Source: Leptogorgia sarmentosa
Lineage: Eukaryota
Direction: 5' to 3'
DNA: 64,000 bases
Assembly: GCA_964658305.1 (NCBI GenBank)
Contig: OZ210884.1
Coordinates: 6,386,001 to 6,450,000, forward strand
The notes beneath the pieces are model-generated. The model worked only from the letters and a program-made list of their open reading frames with translations. It did not search any database and was not told the DNA's origin. A program made the position numbers and the translations under genes. Shown in pieces: positions 40,401-52,948 of the stretch (positions are counted from its first letter, which is position 1; each line of letters opens with the position of its first letter).

Positions 40401-43400
40401 TCTGTAACAGCAACAAGTAACTTGTGGCAAAATAGAACAGCAAATAATACATTGTTGCCAACACCAGCAGTTACAAACACAATTTCAAGCTATGCAAACA
40501 GCAGTGGAACTGAAAGTGTGGCGACAAGAATTTCAAGAACAATGATTGGTAGCACATCATTAGGAACCGTAAATGCCACCGCAACAAGAATTGTGGTACC
40601 CAACACATCTGTCTCATCTCTCAGTCACAGAATAACTGCTGTAGCATCATCTACAGCAACCATGGCGGTATCAAATTCAAGTGTGGTGCCATCGGTAACA
40701 TTGACAGCATATAACACAAATATCGCAGTATCTGATGTCTCATCTCCCAGTCTCAGAATGACTGCTGTAGCATCATCCACAACAACCATGGCGGTATCAA
40801 ATTCAAGTGTGATGTCATCGGTAACATTGACAGCATATAACACAAGTATCGCAGTTTCCGATGTCTCATCTCTCAGTCTCGAAATGACTGCTGTAGCATC
40901 ATCCACAACAACCATGGCGGTATCAAATTCAAGTGTGGTGCCATCGGTAACATTGACAGCATATAACACCAGCAACGCGACGGCAACACCATCATTGACT
41001 ACTCCACTGCACATTGTCCCGAGCTTCACTTCAACACCAGCTAGTAACAACTCTATTACATCTGCAGAACTTCTCAGAACTATGACAAGTTATCCAAGTA
41101 ACATCTCTGCAACACCGGCCAGTAACTTATCGATAATTGGAACAGCAAATAACACATCGTTGCCAACACTATGGGTTACAAAATCAATTTCAAGTTATGT
41201 AATCCACCCTGAAACTGAAAGCATATCGACAACATTTTCGAGAACAATGACTGGTACCACATCACTACGAAACTTAAACGTCACTGCCACACCAATCGGT
41301 ATGTTCTCGACATCTGTGGTCATACTAAATACAACAATACCTTTTGCAAATTCATTGTCATCTACCATGATAGCTATTACAGCATCGAGTTTCACGTCCA
41401 GCATTTCTGTGTCGCCAACAAGTAGTTTCCTAGCAACTACTGAACGAAATATGACAAGTTCGACATACGTGAATTCACCGCTGTTATCAAATACTATCAT
41501 GAGTTCTCTATCACTGAATTTTTCCAGTTCAACTGTGAGTAGGACATTCATGACATCAACTGCGGAAACTAATAGAAGTGCATTGTTATCGACAAGCACC
41601 TTGATATCTTTGACCTCCTTAGATAGCACTTCTAGTGAAAGACTACTGTCCAGCATAGTACCTTATACAGTTAATATAAGTTCAAGTTGGGCTCAGCCGT
41701 CAAATTCTCCTGTATATACAGTTTCATCAGATAGTGACTTTGGCTCCAGTACAATACCTTCTGTAAAATTGTTATCCTCAACATCACAATCTTATATGGA
41801 CCGAAAAAGCTCAAGTGGCACTCTGCTTTCTAGTTCATCTATGTTGACATTCACGTCGAAGAGAAGTTCAGAATTCAGGACAATAACATCGATGGAGTTG
41901 CTGACATCAACCACTAGGAAACCGCTTACCACGAGTACTAGTGAAATGTCGCCACCAAGCTCATCATTTTCGAAAATATCTCGAGTGTCTAGTATGGTAT
42001 CTTCCACTGGATCGATAATCTCCTCAACTATATCGTACATAGAAAATGAAAGTTCACGTTCAACTGAACTTCCAACATCACAGTGGAGTTCCACGCCAAA
42101 GACTACAACAAAGTCAACCAAACTATCCAAAGTATCAACGTCTTTACACAGCATCGTTCCGTCTTCATCCTTCGTCTTATTTAGTAACACAATATCAGTG
42201 ACCTCGACGGTACCATACGTTTCACCGTCCTCCAGCAGAACTGTGATTGTTGCTGAAGAATTCAGAGTTCAAATCATATTGTTGATTCCTTTAAGTGTAT
42301 TACTTAATGATATTATGTTTATAGAAACTTTGAGGAGAAGGTTAGAAGAACTGTTTATCCTAGGGTTAACAAAGACCACGTTGTTTCGAAAGCGCAGGGA
42401 AATCAATGACATGATTTTCCCTCTCAGTCATTCCGGTCGTAATAGTAACCTTCGCAAAATGATTAACAAAGATTTGGATGTTCCAAAGAGGGCTGAAAGT
42501 GGAAGATTCAGAAGACAAATTGGGAACGAGACAAAAGTGGAGGTAAGGTTCCTGTCTATGATCTTAACATCTTACATAACAATCAATACACAGTAAGTTT
42601 CGCTTGGAGGGGAAAAATCGATGGTCAAGGAAGAAATTATTTTGGAAGGCTTAAGAAAACGTGAGAGTGTAATATATTAATTACAAATACTAACAGCAAG
42701 AATATCGAATCAAACTTGAGGAAAGATTTAGGCGATTCTGCCGCACTCTTAGTGGATCTATATTGGCAGGCTACAAAATGTAGCTAAAATGTGGTTTGCC
42801 TCAATAATCTCAATATCTCAGTTACGAGATACCGTTTACACATCCAAGGTAAAAGCAATCTTATAATTGTGTTTTTCTTTAGATTGTTAATGTAACCCGA
42901 ACAGTGGGAGATGACGTGCAAGTGACGTTTTACGTAAAGAGGGGAGGCAAGTCAGTTCCGGCAAAACAAGCAGCGGAAGTACTGAACGCACCGTCCGAAA
43001 ATGAGAAGGTGGCGACTTTGGGATATTCGGTAAGTTCTGTATGTTAAATGGTAGGTTTAGATGATGAAGTAACTGAACTATCATTGATAGTATAGATTAT
43101 TTTATTGAAGGTAAAATAATTGTAATGATTGTTAGTAATATAAGAAAACACCAAAAATCATGGTAAATGTGCCATTATAAAATGTGGTTTATAAAATCGC
43201 CTAAATTGTATCAGTGATCAACACGGCAACTTCAGCTAATCACCTGTAATCAGGTATATTCGCTACTGGTTGAAAGGTCATCCAGACATATAAGTCAGTA
43301 CACCAGGCATCAAGGTAAAACGTAGAGCCTGGTCCCAGTTGATATAAACATGTTTCGACAATGTTGTGCTGCATCCCATCTAGAGTCTAGAGTTCATTGC

Positions 43401-46400
43401 CATTAAATATTGTTAAAGTATATACAAGTAGTTGCCAAACACCGTGCTCTGACTAGGCGTATATGCAGAGCCTGGGAAGGAGGTTTAAACTACTTTCTTT
43501 TTTTCTTCCAGGTAAAGGGGGAATTTTCTCCGGTTGTTTCAAAAGAAAAAACAGAAAGTAAAAAGAAAGACGAAACTCTGTTAATTGTCCTGGCAGTGTG
43601 TATCCCTGTTCTGTTCGTTTTTGGGGCTTGTATCTTCATCAAATGCAAGAAGAAGAAAAGGACTCGAAAGATGAAGGTAAGCTGCGAACACTCTCAATCA
43701 ATCACACTGACAACACAAGACAAGGTATCGGTTTGTCAAGGGTTTTGTCCAAGATTATGGGTCGCATAGCGCATTTACGACCTATTTCAAGGTCACTTAA
43801 TGTGCATTTATCATTTTTATACAGTTGAACAAAGTATCAATTGAGCAGCCAAGGGAGAAGGTCAGTGTCGCAGAAAGTGCAAATGAAGAAAGATATACAA
43901 GAGCACCAACGCTACCAATGAAAGATTATCCGGACGTAATTGTACAAACGCCAGAAAGAAGAAAACAGAGAACTAAAAAGGCCAAAGCACCTAAAGTTCA
44001 AAAACTTGAACGTGAGGTAAGTCCATCCGATATGGCTATAATAACGGGGAGGGGTATCCAGAAGTTTGTAATTTATACCAAATGATTATAAAGTGAATTC
44101 CAAACAGAAAATATCTGTTATATAAAAAAACTCAGTTAGTTCAATAATTTTCAATGGCTATGGTTGTAGCTATCGTTCAATATTAGGAGTCTTTTTACGA
44201 CTTGAAACCATCATTGGATTGTTTTACAGCGACGTGCTGGGTTAATAATGTAACTTATTCAGTAGTAACGTACGGGGAGATGTATCCATGCAGTTGTGGT
44301 ATCGTTATACCATTCATACGATTTCTTACAGAATCTACCCACAGCTGCCCCGGCTGCTGCATTTGAAAACATCACCCGCTTGAGTTTTGATAGTCCATCA
44401 AACGTCGCCATTGACGGTATTCCTCTTCGCTTACGACCTGCGGTGAGGCAAGAAGTTGAAGAACCAGAAAGTAAGGATATTATCGAGGATTCGGGTGTTC
44501 CTCGCTCGAGGGTAGACAATAAAACCAGAGTGAAAATGAAGAGTAGCAACGGTGATTTGAAGGATGAGGAAAAGATGTCAACTGACACGCCAAAATCTGT
44601 TGCAGGAGCTGATGATGCCGACACAGATGATACAATACAAATTAAGGTTTGTTGAAAAAGGAAATTTTTTACATGTTGTGTTTGTCACTACAATGAACTG
44701 TGTTCAAAGCAACTATCCCTTTTCATTGCCTCACAAAATACTTTGACTGAAACGATCCTCCAAACTATTTTTCATTGTAAAAAACATCGTCTTTTTTTGA
44801 AATGCTAGAAAACAATTTTAACCGATCAAATGCTATATTGTAACATACCATATCATATCAAGACTCCACAATCCAAATTTGATTGCTGCGTAGGCTAACA
44901 TCGAAAAATGGAGGAACAAAATGAGACAACGGGAGAAGAGAAAAGAGCATCGCGAAGAACGAAAGCGAGCGAAACAAGAAAAACTCATCGCTTTGGAAGA
45001 GAAGAAACTATCAAGGCGCGAATGGCTCATGGCACAGCCAGAGGTACGTGAGTACATCCATTACGGTTATTCAAACAACTATGGATATTTAAAGAGAAAG
45101 AAAAAAAACCCAATACCAGCCGACAATTTCAAAAAATATAATACAAAAGATAATCCGAAGATTAACATCTTGAAACCCAAGATATGAGTTAAAACAAGAC
45201 AAAAATGAGTTTGTGATATTTCGATTTTATTACAAAATCATCATCAGACTAACTGAGACAGTAGCTAATTCAGTAGTTATTAACAACATCAACAAGGAGC
45301 AAAAGTTCTATACACACTACCTAAACTGTACAATAGGATTCGTCATTGGGAGGATTAAGCCTTTGTCGCACTAATCCCTGACAAAACGTTGAATCTTATT
45401 GTATCGTTTAAGCAGCGAGTCGAAATCCTATACAATTTATTGTGTCTTTTAGATTCAGGCAATTCTGGATGGTGACGACTTGTCAAAACCTGCTTCTTCG
45501 TAAGTATGATACATTGATGAAAGTCCTTACTCCCCCCAGGTAGCAACGGGAGCGTAGATAGAGCACTGGGAACAAGGTTGCCTCAATCCAATAAGAAATA
45601 ACAAAATTGAATATTTAGGATTAAGCCTTGAGCGGTAACACATGCTACCATTATGCGGTAGGAAATTGCACTCACAAAGAGCCAGCAAACGTAAAAAATA
45701 CAAGAGTTCCTTGCTGTAGTGAATATCGAGCATATTAAGCATTACGATTTTTTTAGGAGGAAAAAGAAACATCGCCGTGAACGTTGGCCTGAGTCCAGAA
45801 AACATCCTGACAGTGACAGCGATGATGAGGTAAAAGAGAGCTTTGGATTGAAACACAAGATTTATTTTTGCTCCGTGCAAATAATTATTCGCTGGTTTTC
45901 GTTTCTCCTGCTTCATCCTGGGGGACGAAATTTGATATATATCTATGAAAAGTAAGCCTAGATTTTATTTCCTTCTGCAGGTCATGGTTGTTCCAGTCAG
46001 AAGACAGCACCGCCGTCGATGGCCTCAGAGATCCGCACGTCGAGTGTATCCATCAGAACGCGATGGAGTTCGTTTGATTGCTGTTCGACCAAAGAAGGTT
46101 TGGAACACATTTGTTTTTTAATTTGCCTTTTGCGAAATAATACTGTAGTTTTTGCACTCTCAAAGGTATATTACACAATTTTTCTAAGCTTGATACATGC
46201 AAGTAATTTAAGACTGAAGCGTTAGTGGCTACTGATCAATGCCCCTGAAACATTCCCCTCAACCACACTTCTTAACTGTGTTAACCATGCCCCTTAACCA
46301 TACTCCTCAACCATGTTCCTCAACCATGCCTTAACTATACCTAACCAAATTTCTCGACCATGCTCCTAAACCTTGATCCTTAACCATGCTCCTTAAGCAT

Positions 46401-47599
46401 GCTCCTTAACCATGCTCCTTAACCATACTCCTCAACCATGCTCCTCAATCATGCTCCTCAATCATGCTCCTCAATCATGCCTTAACTATACCTTAACCAA
46501 ATTTCTCGACCATGGTCCTCAAGCATGCTCCTTAACCATGCTCCTCAACCATACTCCTCAACGATGCTTTTCAAGCATGCTCCTCAATTGTGGCTTAAAC
46601 ATGCTTCTGAACCATGTTCCTCCTTAACCTTAACCATGCGTTTTTTATGCTGATAGAATGGGAGTATTTGTGTTCTCTTCGGGTCCGTTAAACACCCAGA
46701 GATACGTGCAATATAGCTAGATGTCGATATCGACCTAAATTAATACAATGTTGGAGGTGGAGAGTTAAGTTCGTATTTATTACTTTTGTACAGCCAAGAG
46801 TATATGCGTTTGAAGAACCCAGCCACGAGGAAGAAATTGAACAGAGGTACATCCCGGCCCAAGATGGCAGCGTTCCTTTCCAAAGACCATCAGAACCAGT
46901 AATCAATGAAGCTTTCCAGTCCAGGGAGGAGTATGGTTATTCACCAGACAGTGTGTATGATGGTAAGTTGGGATAATAGTGATACAGTGTAAAATTACTG
47001 ATACATGGGTTCCACCATACACCGGAAATAATTCAATTTTGTTTTTAGACGAATTCTACGACCCATACGTTCCAGAATATGGCGAACCACGCTATTATCA
47101 ACCGCCAAGGACTAGATATGTTGCAACACAAGTTCCTGTAACTTTAGAGCAACAGCTTCCTTTAAGAATGGCGGAAACATCTTTCGTTGGAACACCTCAG
47201 AGGCCAGAACGAGAACATGGACAGATTGGTCCCAGACAAGCACCTCGAGGAATGTATTTCGAACAACCGCCAAGACCGTCGAGTTTATATTCACGTGCAA
47301 AGAAATCTCCGAATGCACGTACAAGTGATACAATACCCGAAGAAACGGGACATGCTTCAAGCAAGGATATACCAGAAGGCCCAGTGCCTTCTAGTCAAAA
47401 TACAACACCGCGTCCAACTACACCGCATCCTGGCAAAAGTAATATGGACATCTCAAACAAAAGTGATACTTCTCTTGGTAGGTCATGGGATTCTAAAACC
47501 GATGAAGATTTTTTGAACTATAGTATAAGTGAAAATGAAGCACGAAAGTTGGTTTCCCGCGTGTTGGACAGAGCAAAAGGCGAGGCTGATAAACGTTAA
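34447..47599 (+). CDS. KIAA1549/UPF0606-like single-pass membrane protein with very large Ser/Thr mucin ectodomain
   Basis: Signal-peptide exon 34447/34462-34630; mucin exon 36820-42542; SEA-like segment RRQIGNETKVE|IVNVTRTVGDDVQVTFYV...LGYS|VKG (~42883-43028) resembling KIAA1549 VVQVVNVSR...VQLIYFV...LGYRIQG; TM exon ~43512-43676; cytoplasmic exons ~43825-44015, ~44332-44646, ~44894-45042 (IEKWRNKMRQREKRK, cf. RNKIRLRAKR), ~45453-45499, ~45758-45829, ~45981-46097, ~46794-46961, ~47049-47599. Confidence 0.75.
37330..41310 (+). repeat. Coding tandem repeat array, ~460-bp (~150-aa) units with nested 126-bp subrepeats
   Basis: Recurring ISSY(L/V)N(Q/H)T...VSNTS...SLRMTA...VSNSSVMSSKT blocks (ISSY near 37640, 38100, 38840, 39095, 39555, 40015, 40480, 41185); 126-bp units start at 40611, 40737, 40863. 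Confidence 0.9.
46245..46638. repeat. Intronic ~14-bp minisatellite AACCATGCTCCT(T/C)
   Basis: Many degenerate copies of aaccatgctcctt/aaccatgctcctc between two exons of the KIAA1549-like gene. Confidence 0.9.
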
Positions 47600-48326
47600 A
47601 TGCTGACAAAAGCAGAAGAAATTAGTTGAAGTACTCCCAGTACCACAAATTGCAAAGATCGAAATGAAAGTTGTGCTTAGTAACGGTTTGTCGATCACCT
47701 GATGAAATCCTACAGCCCGTATTACCACAGAGATGAACACAGAAGTCAAGCTTTTCATTACAGCAGGAAACTAGATTATAGCAACGTTAATCTGGCAGCA
47801 ACCTTAGTTTCAAATTTCAAGAAGAGGCGGGATGGGGTAGTGGCATTGGACGTGCCCTAGATCCGTCCCTGGGATGGGGGTCACGGGCCTTCTCCTGGGA
47901 GAAAACGTTTGAGTCAAGTTGAGGTCAAACGGCATTCGCATAAAAGCTGATACTATTTGTAAGCAGTCTGATTAGTACAATACCCATAACAGAACATGTA
48001 TTATATCACCTAAAATTTATAAAGATTGTAAAGAAACATAATCATTACCATTAAGTAATAATATACAGCGGACGCCAGCGCAAAAAAATGTGAAAAAATA
48101 GAATATTTAGTTAGAATACATACAATTCACAATAAATAGGGCGAATGCTATTTTTAATCATTGATAACAAATAAGAATATGGTACTGTACAAATATTTAA
48201 CTTAGCTAATATCTCTACTTATTAGATAATTTATAAATAGAAATTATTGCGATAAATTTCTATTTTTTTCTATTTTCGTGTTTTGTTGGTGCTACAGTAA
48301 TTTCAAACGGTCAGAACTCTCTTTTG

Positions 48327-48846
48327 GCACCCGTTAAACAAAGACCTCAACGGGTAGTACCCGATATTTCTCAATTGAGAACATGGGTAATGCCCACGCT
48401 GGACTATCGTCTAAGTAGCCTGGCCTGGTAAATTATGAACAGTGATTGCCCGGGTCTATAATCATATGCATTTAGCCAGGCCAGAGTGGTGAGCAGCGAG
48501 CTCGAATAACTCAAGTGGTAAGGCACGCGGTGCGTGCGTTGCAGTTCTATAGTTCAAGCCCCAGTTCGACAAATTTTTTAAGCGTTGGTGATGAAAACTT
48601 TTTTTTCCTCAATATTATTCTGACCACAATGGTCAGGGTTAGGATTCTAGGGTTTGGGTTGGGATTAAGGAAATTCTTAGTATATAGAAAAATGGTTTAT
48701 ATCTAACACTATATAACTATATCAAGAGTAATACTGAAACGCCGATCAGCAAGCTTAGGCGATAGTCCAGCATGGGCATTACCCGTGTTCTCAATTGAGA
48801 AATGTTGGGTACTACCCGTTGGACGAGGTCTTTGTTCAACGGCTGC
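48327..48846. mobile_element. Non-autonomous DNA element with ~90-bp TIRs carrying tRNA-like and telomere-like sequence
   Basis: 48327-48415 inverted at ~48753-48846; flanked by TTTTG on both sides (48322-48326, 48847-48851). Confidence 0.75.
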
Positions 48847-48977
48847 TTTTGGTTGGTAAAATTGCAAAAGGAGAGATCGGATTTTGGGCAAGCAGTGTTT
48901 CCCATTGGACATGGAGCATAAGCAACCAGCTATAAATACTGTTAACTGTTTTGCGTGTATATTAAACAGAGTCAGTG

Positions 48978-51737
48978 TTACTCTTCAGTAGTCTTCTTTA
49001 CTGGAATACTCACTCTCAGCACCTAAATATTGAAGACAAGTGCATGATATTATAGTTACAAAAACAAAACATGATAGATTTTATATTTGCAGAAAGAGGT
49101 AAGTAAATGTGTACATACAGTATATGCATGTAAATATTAGACAATTCGGATAATCGACTATTTCTTGTCTAGTTCAAATAAAAATCAAATTTCGGGAAAG
49201 AAACTTTTTTTAAAGTTTCTGGGGCCGGTTGTATCAAAGGCGTTTAGCTTAAGTTAAAAATATCGAACAAGTTCATAAACTATAGACTATAAGGAAACTA
49301 AACTTTTCTATCTAAACATGACAACTGTGCTTAGAACTGCACATTTACTTGATAAAATTTAGGTTCAATTATTTACAAAACGAAAGAAGTGTTTTTAAAA
49401 TTTTGCTTATCCACCGTTTGAGCTAAACGCCTTTGATACAACCAGCCCCTGAAATCGTAATGCTTAGAGAGTTTTTACCAGATTAACATTCCATAATATT
49501 GCGCTTCATTAAATGTGTCATTTATGGATGTCAAATGAAACAATCTCACCCTACTGTACAGTACCTTAGTTTTCTTGTTAAATCGAGCATTACCACTTTC
49601 GTACTCGACAAGATGAGGAAAATTTAAAACAAGATTGTCTCTATTTCCAGGAACGTGAAGGATAAGGCAGTCATCTCCGACGTCTAATGTTGTGCCGCTA
49701 ATAGATTTCTAAAAACAAAACACTTGGTTGTAGATTGATCACTTGGTGCTTGTGAAGACTGGTTAACATTCATTTCTTTTTAGTTCAACTTGACTTGACA
49801 TCATCTGTCTATTTTTATCGCATTTGCGCGCGCATTCTTCATTTTTCTACAGTGTTAGCTTATGCATGCTAGTGTTACTACTGCAATATTTGCTCGTAAT
49901 ATGAATATAAGAAATTAATTAGCAGAGAATTCTTTGCAGTTGCAACTACAGTAACTTCAAAATGAACTAAGAAAAATGGCCTTAAGGAAGTGAAAGTAAT
50001 TATTGACAAGAGAATTCTTTGCTGCATAATGGCACATTAAAATGGAGTTACTTTCTAAAAATACGTTTCATTTTTCCTATGAATTACTGACGTAAGATTG
50101 GAGCTCAGATGAATGAGGTCAAATAATATTAACTGACACAAGCTAAGCTGCATAGTGAAGGACTGACAGCTTAATATGATCAAGTAGATGTTATTTAAAG
50201 GGTGTAGCCACAGTACATTACTTACTGTATGTAACTATGACCACAGCTATAGTATATGTACCGGTACTGAAGGTTATGGTCATTTAGGAGATACAGTAAT
50301 TCCAGGCAGTTTGTTGCCAATGCCAACCCTGGAGAACTTATCTATGGTATGATTGTGGTAAGCTATTGGCCGACTCCGATCTCCACAATAATTATCATGT
50401 GCCCATATCGAGATGTTTAACCTACTTGCAATCTCAGAGCTGGTACCGCACTTGCTTTGAAGATCACAAATAACACAACTGAATTCCCAATCATCTAAAC
50501 ATTCTATAAACCTAATCTTTTTAATTCTTACCACTCCAGGCAATGAAACTTCTACAATAAGATTTTCAGCAACACCTGTAGGTGGATGTACTATAATCTT
50601 GTATGAAAGTTCATTTGTGGATGGCACAGGTTTCTTTTCAGACGATGTTGCAGATGGAAAATATCTTGTCGACACTAAACAAGGTACAGTAGGGTAGGTA
50701 TAGACAGATATATATATATATATATGAAGAATATATTTAGCAATTATGCATGTGTGCTTTAACCGTGATTAACATTATAAATATGTGGTTATATATGCAC
50801 ATTAATTATGTACCATTGACTGACACCAACCTTCATTTAATCCAATCCCTTCAGGTTGATGCACCTCTTCAATTACTGGTTTGCTTCTGTTTCGTATTTT
50901 AAGTCGGCTTATGTCACCAAAACATTTCTTATTCTTGAGCATGACCCAATCACGAGATAAAGTTGTCCTGAACTTATCTTCAATTCCTTCATATACAATA
51001 GCCATAAAAAATCCCATAAAGTAATCACTTTCCTGTATTTTGGAAAGGTAGCCGTCATTGATGACAATATTGTAAACTGTACAACCTAAAAAAAATGCCA
51101 GACAACTGCTTGGTTGAAATTTAAATCAGAAATCTTGGGTTTGGACTTTGGACAAGTATTTATAGGGCTGATCTATAAGGACTGTGCTGATAAGCCATAG
51201 GTTAGTGAAAGGTAGCGGTAGCAGTAGTGGACGTCAAATCTGAACCTCACTATTTCCTGATGAAGGGCCTTTAGTTCAAAAATCAAATCTGTTTCACTGT
51301 TTGTATTGTTCAAGTAGTGAGTAGATTAACCCATTCGGTCGCATTGCTGCTTATTGACGTTGTTATCCGCTACCAACACTGGCCGCATATTACTTGTAGT
51401 TTGTATACACACCTTTTCCACTCTTATCAGTTTCAACATGTGGATCTCCAAGTGCTACAGGGACCTTGTATTGTACTGCATATGGGTCTTCGATTACTTC
51501 TCGAAGTTCAGCCTCACTGATGTCCTTTGGCGGCGGGAGTTTAGGACTCGTCAGAATATTCATAAAAATCTTCTCACCTGTGTCATTTTTTATCTTAATA
51601 ACAAACCCTGCTTTGGGGAAAATATATCTACCATTGTCGTTTGTTGTTGAAGCTAATTTTTGCCCATCTTCTCCGAGTGACAGCAGTAATTTTTTATAAA
51701 ATTCTTCATTCTCAACAAAGTCTCGATCAGCCGCCAT
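48978..51737 (-). CDS. PIH1D1: PIH1 domain-containing protein 1 (R2TP co-chaperone)
   Basis: Exons 51737-51412 (PKAGFVIK...KIFMNI...YKVPVALGDPHVETDKSGK), ~51085-50831 (GCTVYNIVIN...EGIEDKF...WVMLKNKKCFG), ~50674-50532, ~49707-49566, ~49022-48978 (VLRVSIPV, CS-domain end). Confidence 0.88.
49223..49448. mobile_element. MITE in a PIH1D1 intron (degenerate relative ~54044-54260)
   Basis: gggccggttgtatcaaaggcgtttagct / agctaaacgcctttgatacaaccagccc, flanked by CTG on both sides. Confidence 0.75.
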
Positions 51738-51965
51738 ATTGGAAAGTAACAACTTTAACGATGCAGATAAATGCTTGATTTCTATTGGCTGGATCGACAA
51801 AATAATTCTTATTTCGGCCAATCAAATGATTGCAATATTTCGGGATAATTATTATGGAAATTTATCAATGCAAAAATGGAAACACGTTTAGCTGATTTTT
51901 TTCGGGCGCCATTTTCAAAATTTTTCATATTTCGCTTTTGTGGACTGCAGAATTTCGCCTTAAAA
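51738..51965. promoter_or_regulatory. Probable bidirectional promoter of PIH1D1 and SPC24
   Basis: 228 bp between divergent ATGs; opposed CCAAT boxes (ATTGG ~51784, CCAAT ~51818); YY1-like CGCCATNTT at ~51732 and ~51907. Confidence 0.6.
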
Positions 51966-52583
51966 ATGTCTTTTGTGGAACTTTGTAAAACGAGCAAGAA
52001 ACTGACGAGAATTTTAGACCGTGGTGATGATTTGAAACAACTTCAAACGACGACCGAAAGCGTTAAAAACGTCTTTAAGCTCGTCAAACAGCAACACTCC
52101 GATGTGAAGCACTGCATTCGAGCACTTGCAAAACTGGAAGAAAAAGAGCGGAATCGTTCTTCAACACTCTTACAAGAAAACAAGGAAAACGGCGAAGCAA
52201 TCTCGCGGCTAGAACGAGAAAAATGCGCCAAAGCCAAGGCCATAGAGAAGCTGAACATCGCTTTAGGATCGTTGGAAAACTCGATGCGGGAAATCGATTT
52301 GGAGGGTTCAAAATTACGCCACGAAAGAACTTGCATTGAACACCAGGCAAGCCTCGAGGCAAGCGACGTGTTACCCATGACGAAGTACTCGTTCGGTTTG
52401 TATTCAAACATCACACGGCTTCACTGGGACTACGATACGAATGACGACAAATTACAAGGCTTTGTGAGCTCCCTTCGTGATGTTCGGCCATTCTCCTTGA
52501 ACCTAAAGGAACACAGCAGCCATTTCATTGCCAATTATTTGTGGGATGTTATCGCATCTGCGAAGAGAAACTCTCAAGCGTGA
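51966..52583 (+). CDS. SPC24: Kinetochore protein Spc24 (Ndc80 complex), single exon
   Basis: 205-aa ORF from ATG 51966: N-terminal coiled coil plus C-terminal LYSNITRLHWDY...VRPFSL...SSHFIANYLW, matching the Spc24 globular signature (LY..v.ki.WDY...FisdYLW). Confidence 0.85.
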   Translation: MSFVELCKTSKKLTRILDRGDDLKQLQTTTESVKNVFKLVKQQHSDVKHCIRALAKLEEKERNRSSTLLQENKENGEAISRLEREKCAKAKAIEKLNIALGSLENSMREIDLEGSKLRHERTCIEHQASLEASDVLPMTKYSFGLYSNITRLHWDYDTNDDKLQGFVSSLRDVRPFSLNLKEHSSHFIANYLWDVIASAKRNSQA

Positions 52584-52597
52584 ATTATTTTCGTGAA

Positions 52598-52696
52598 TTA
52601 TTATTGAATATATTGACATTATTATTGAATATATTGACATTATTGAATATATTGACATTATTATTGAATATATTGACATTATTGAATATATTGACA
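52598..52696 (+). repeat. 18/21-bp AT-rich tandem repeat just after the SPC24 stop
   Basis: (tat)tattgaatatattgacat x5. Confidence 0.9.
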
Positions 52697-52948
52697 CTCC
52701 CCTGAAGGGGCTTTTCAGTGACAAAAATCGTGTTTCTATTCTCTTTCTTTTTCAAATATAAATGGATAACAAAGATATTTCTATTTTTAAAAAAATACAA
52801 AGAATTTTCTATTTATACATGATAGTCCGCCATATTTTTGAGATCAGTGCCCATTACCCGGGTGTAAATAGCCGGGCGGAATTATTACCCTCGCCCCGGG
52901 ACAATCTGCATCAAAAGTGAATGTGATGTATGTCGAGAAATCGCAAAT

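Noticed and set aside
36914..42190. Series of Val/Asp-rich minus-strand ORFs
   Set aside because: Antisense shadows of Thr/Ser codon repeats, recurring with the mucin repeat period.
36615..42596. 1993-aa ORF as a stand-alone gene
   Set aside because: Begins at a TTG in intron sequence; AG at 36818-36819 and GTAAGG at 42543 define it as an internal exon.
46412..46627. Repetitive 71-aa ORF (also 52503-52800 ORFs)
   Set aside because: Translations of minisatellites.
48500..48570. Functional tRNA gene
   Set aside because: Anticodon and T arms pair poorly and it sits inside a TIR element; treated as tRNA-derived.
51738..51965. Longer N-termini for PIH1D1 (51821) and SPC24 (51876) in the ORF track
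   Set aside because: Extensions run through promoter motifs and show no family resemblance; 51821 is a TTG start. The 51876 ATG cannot be fully excluded.
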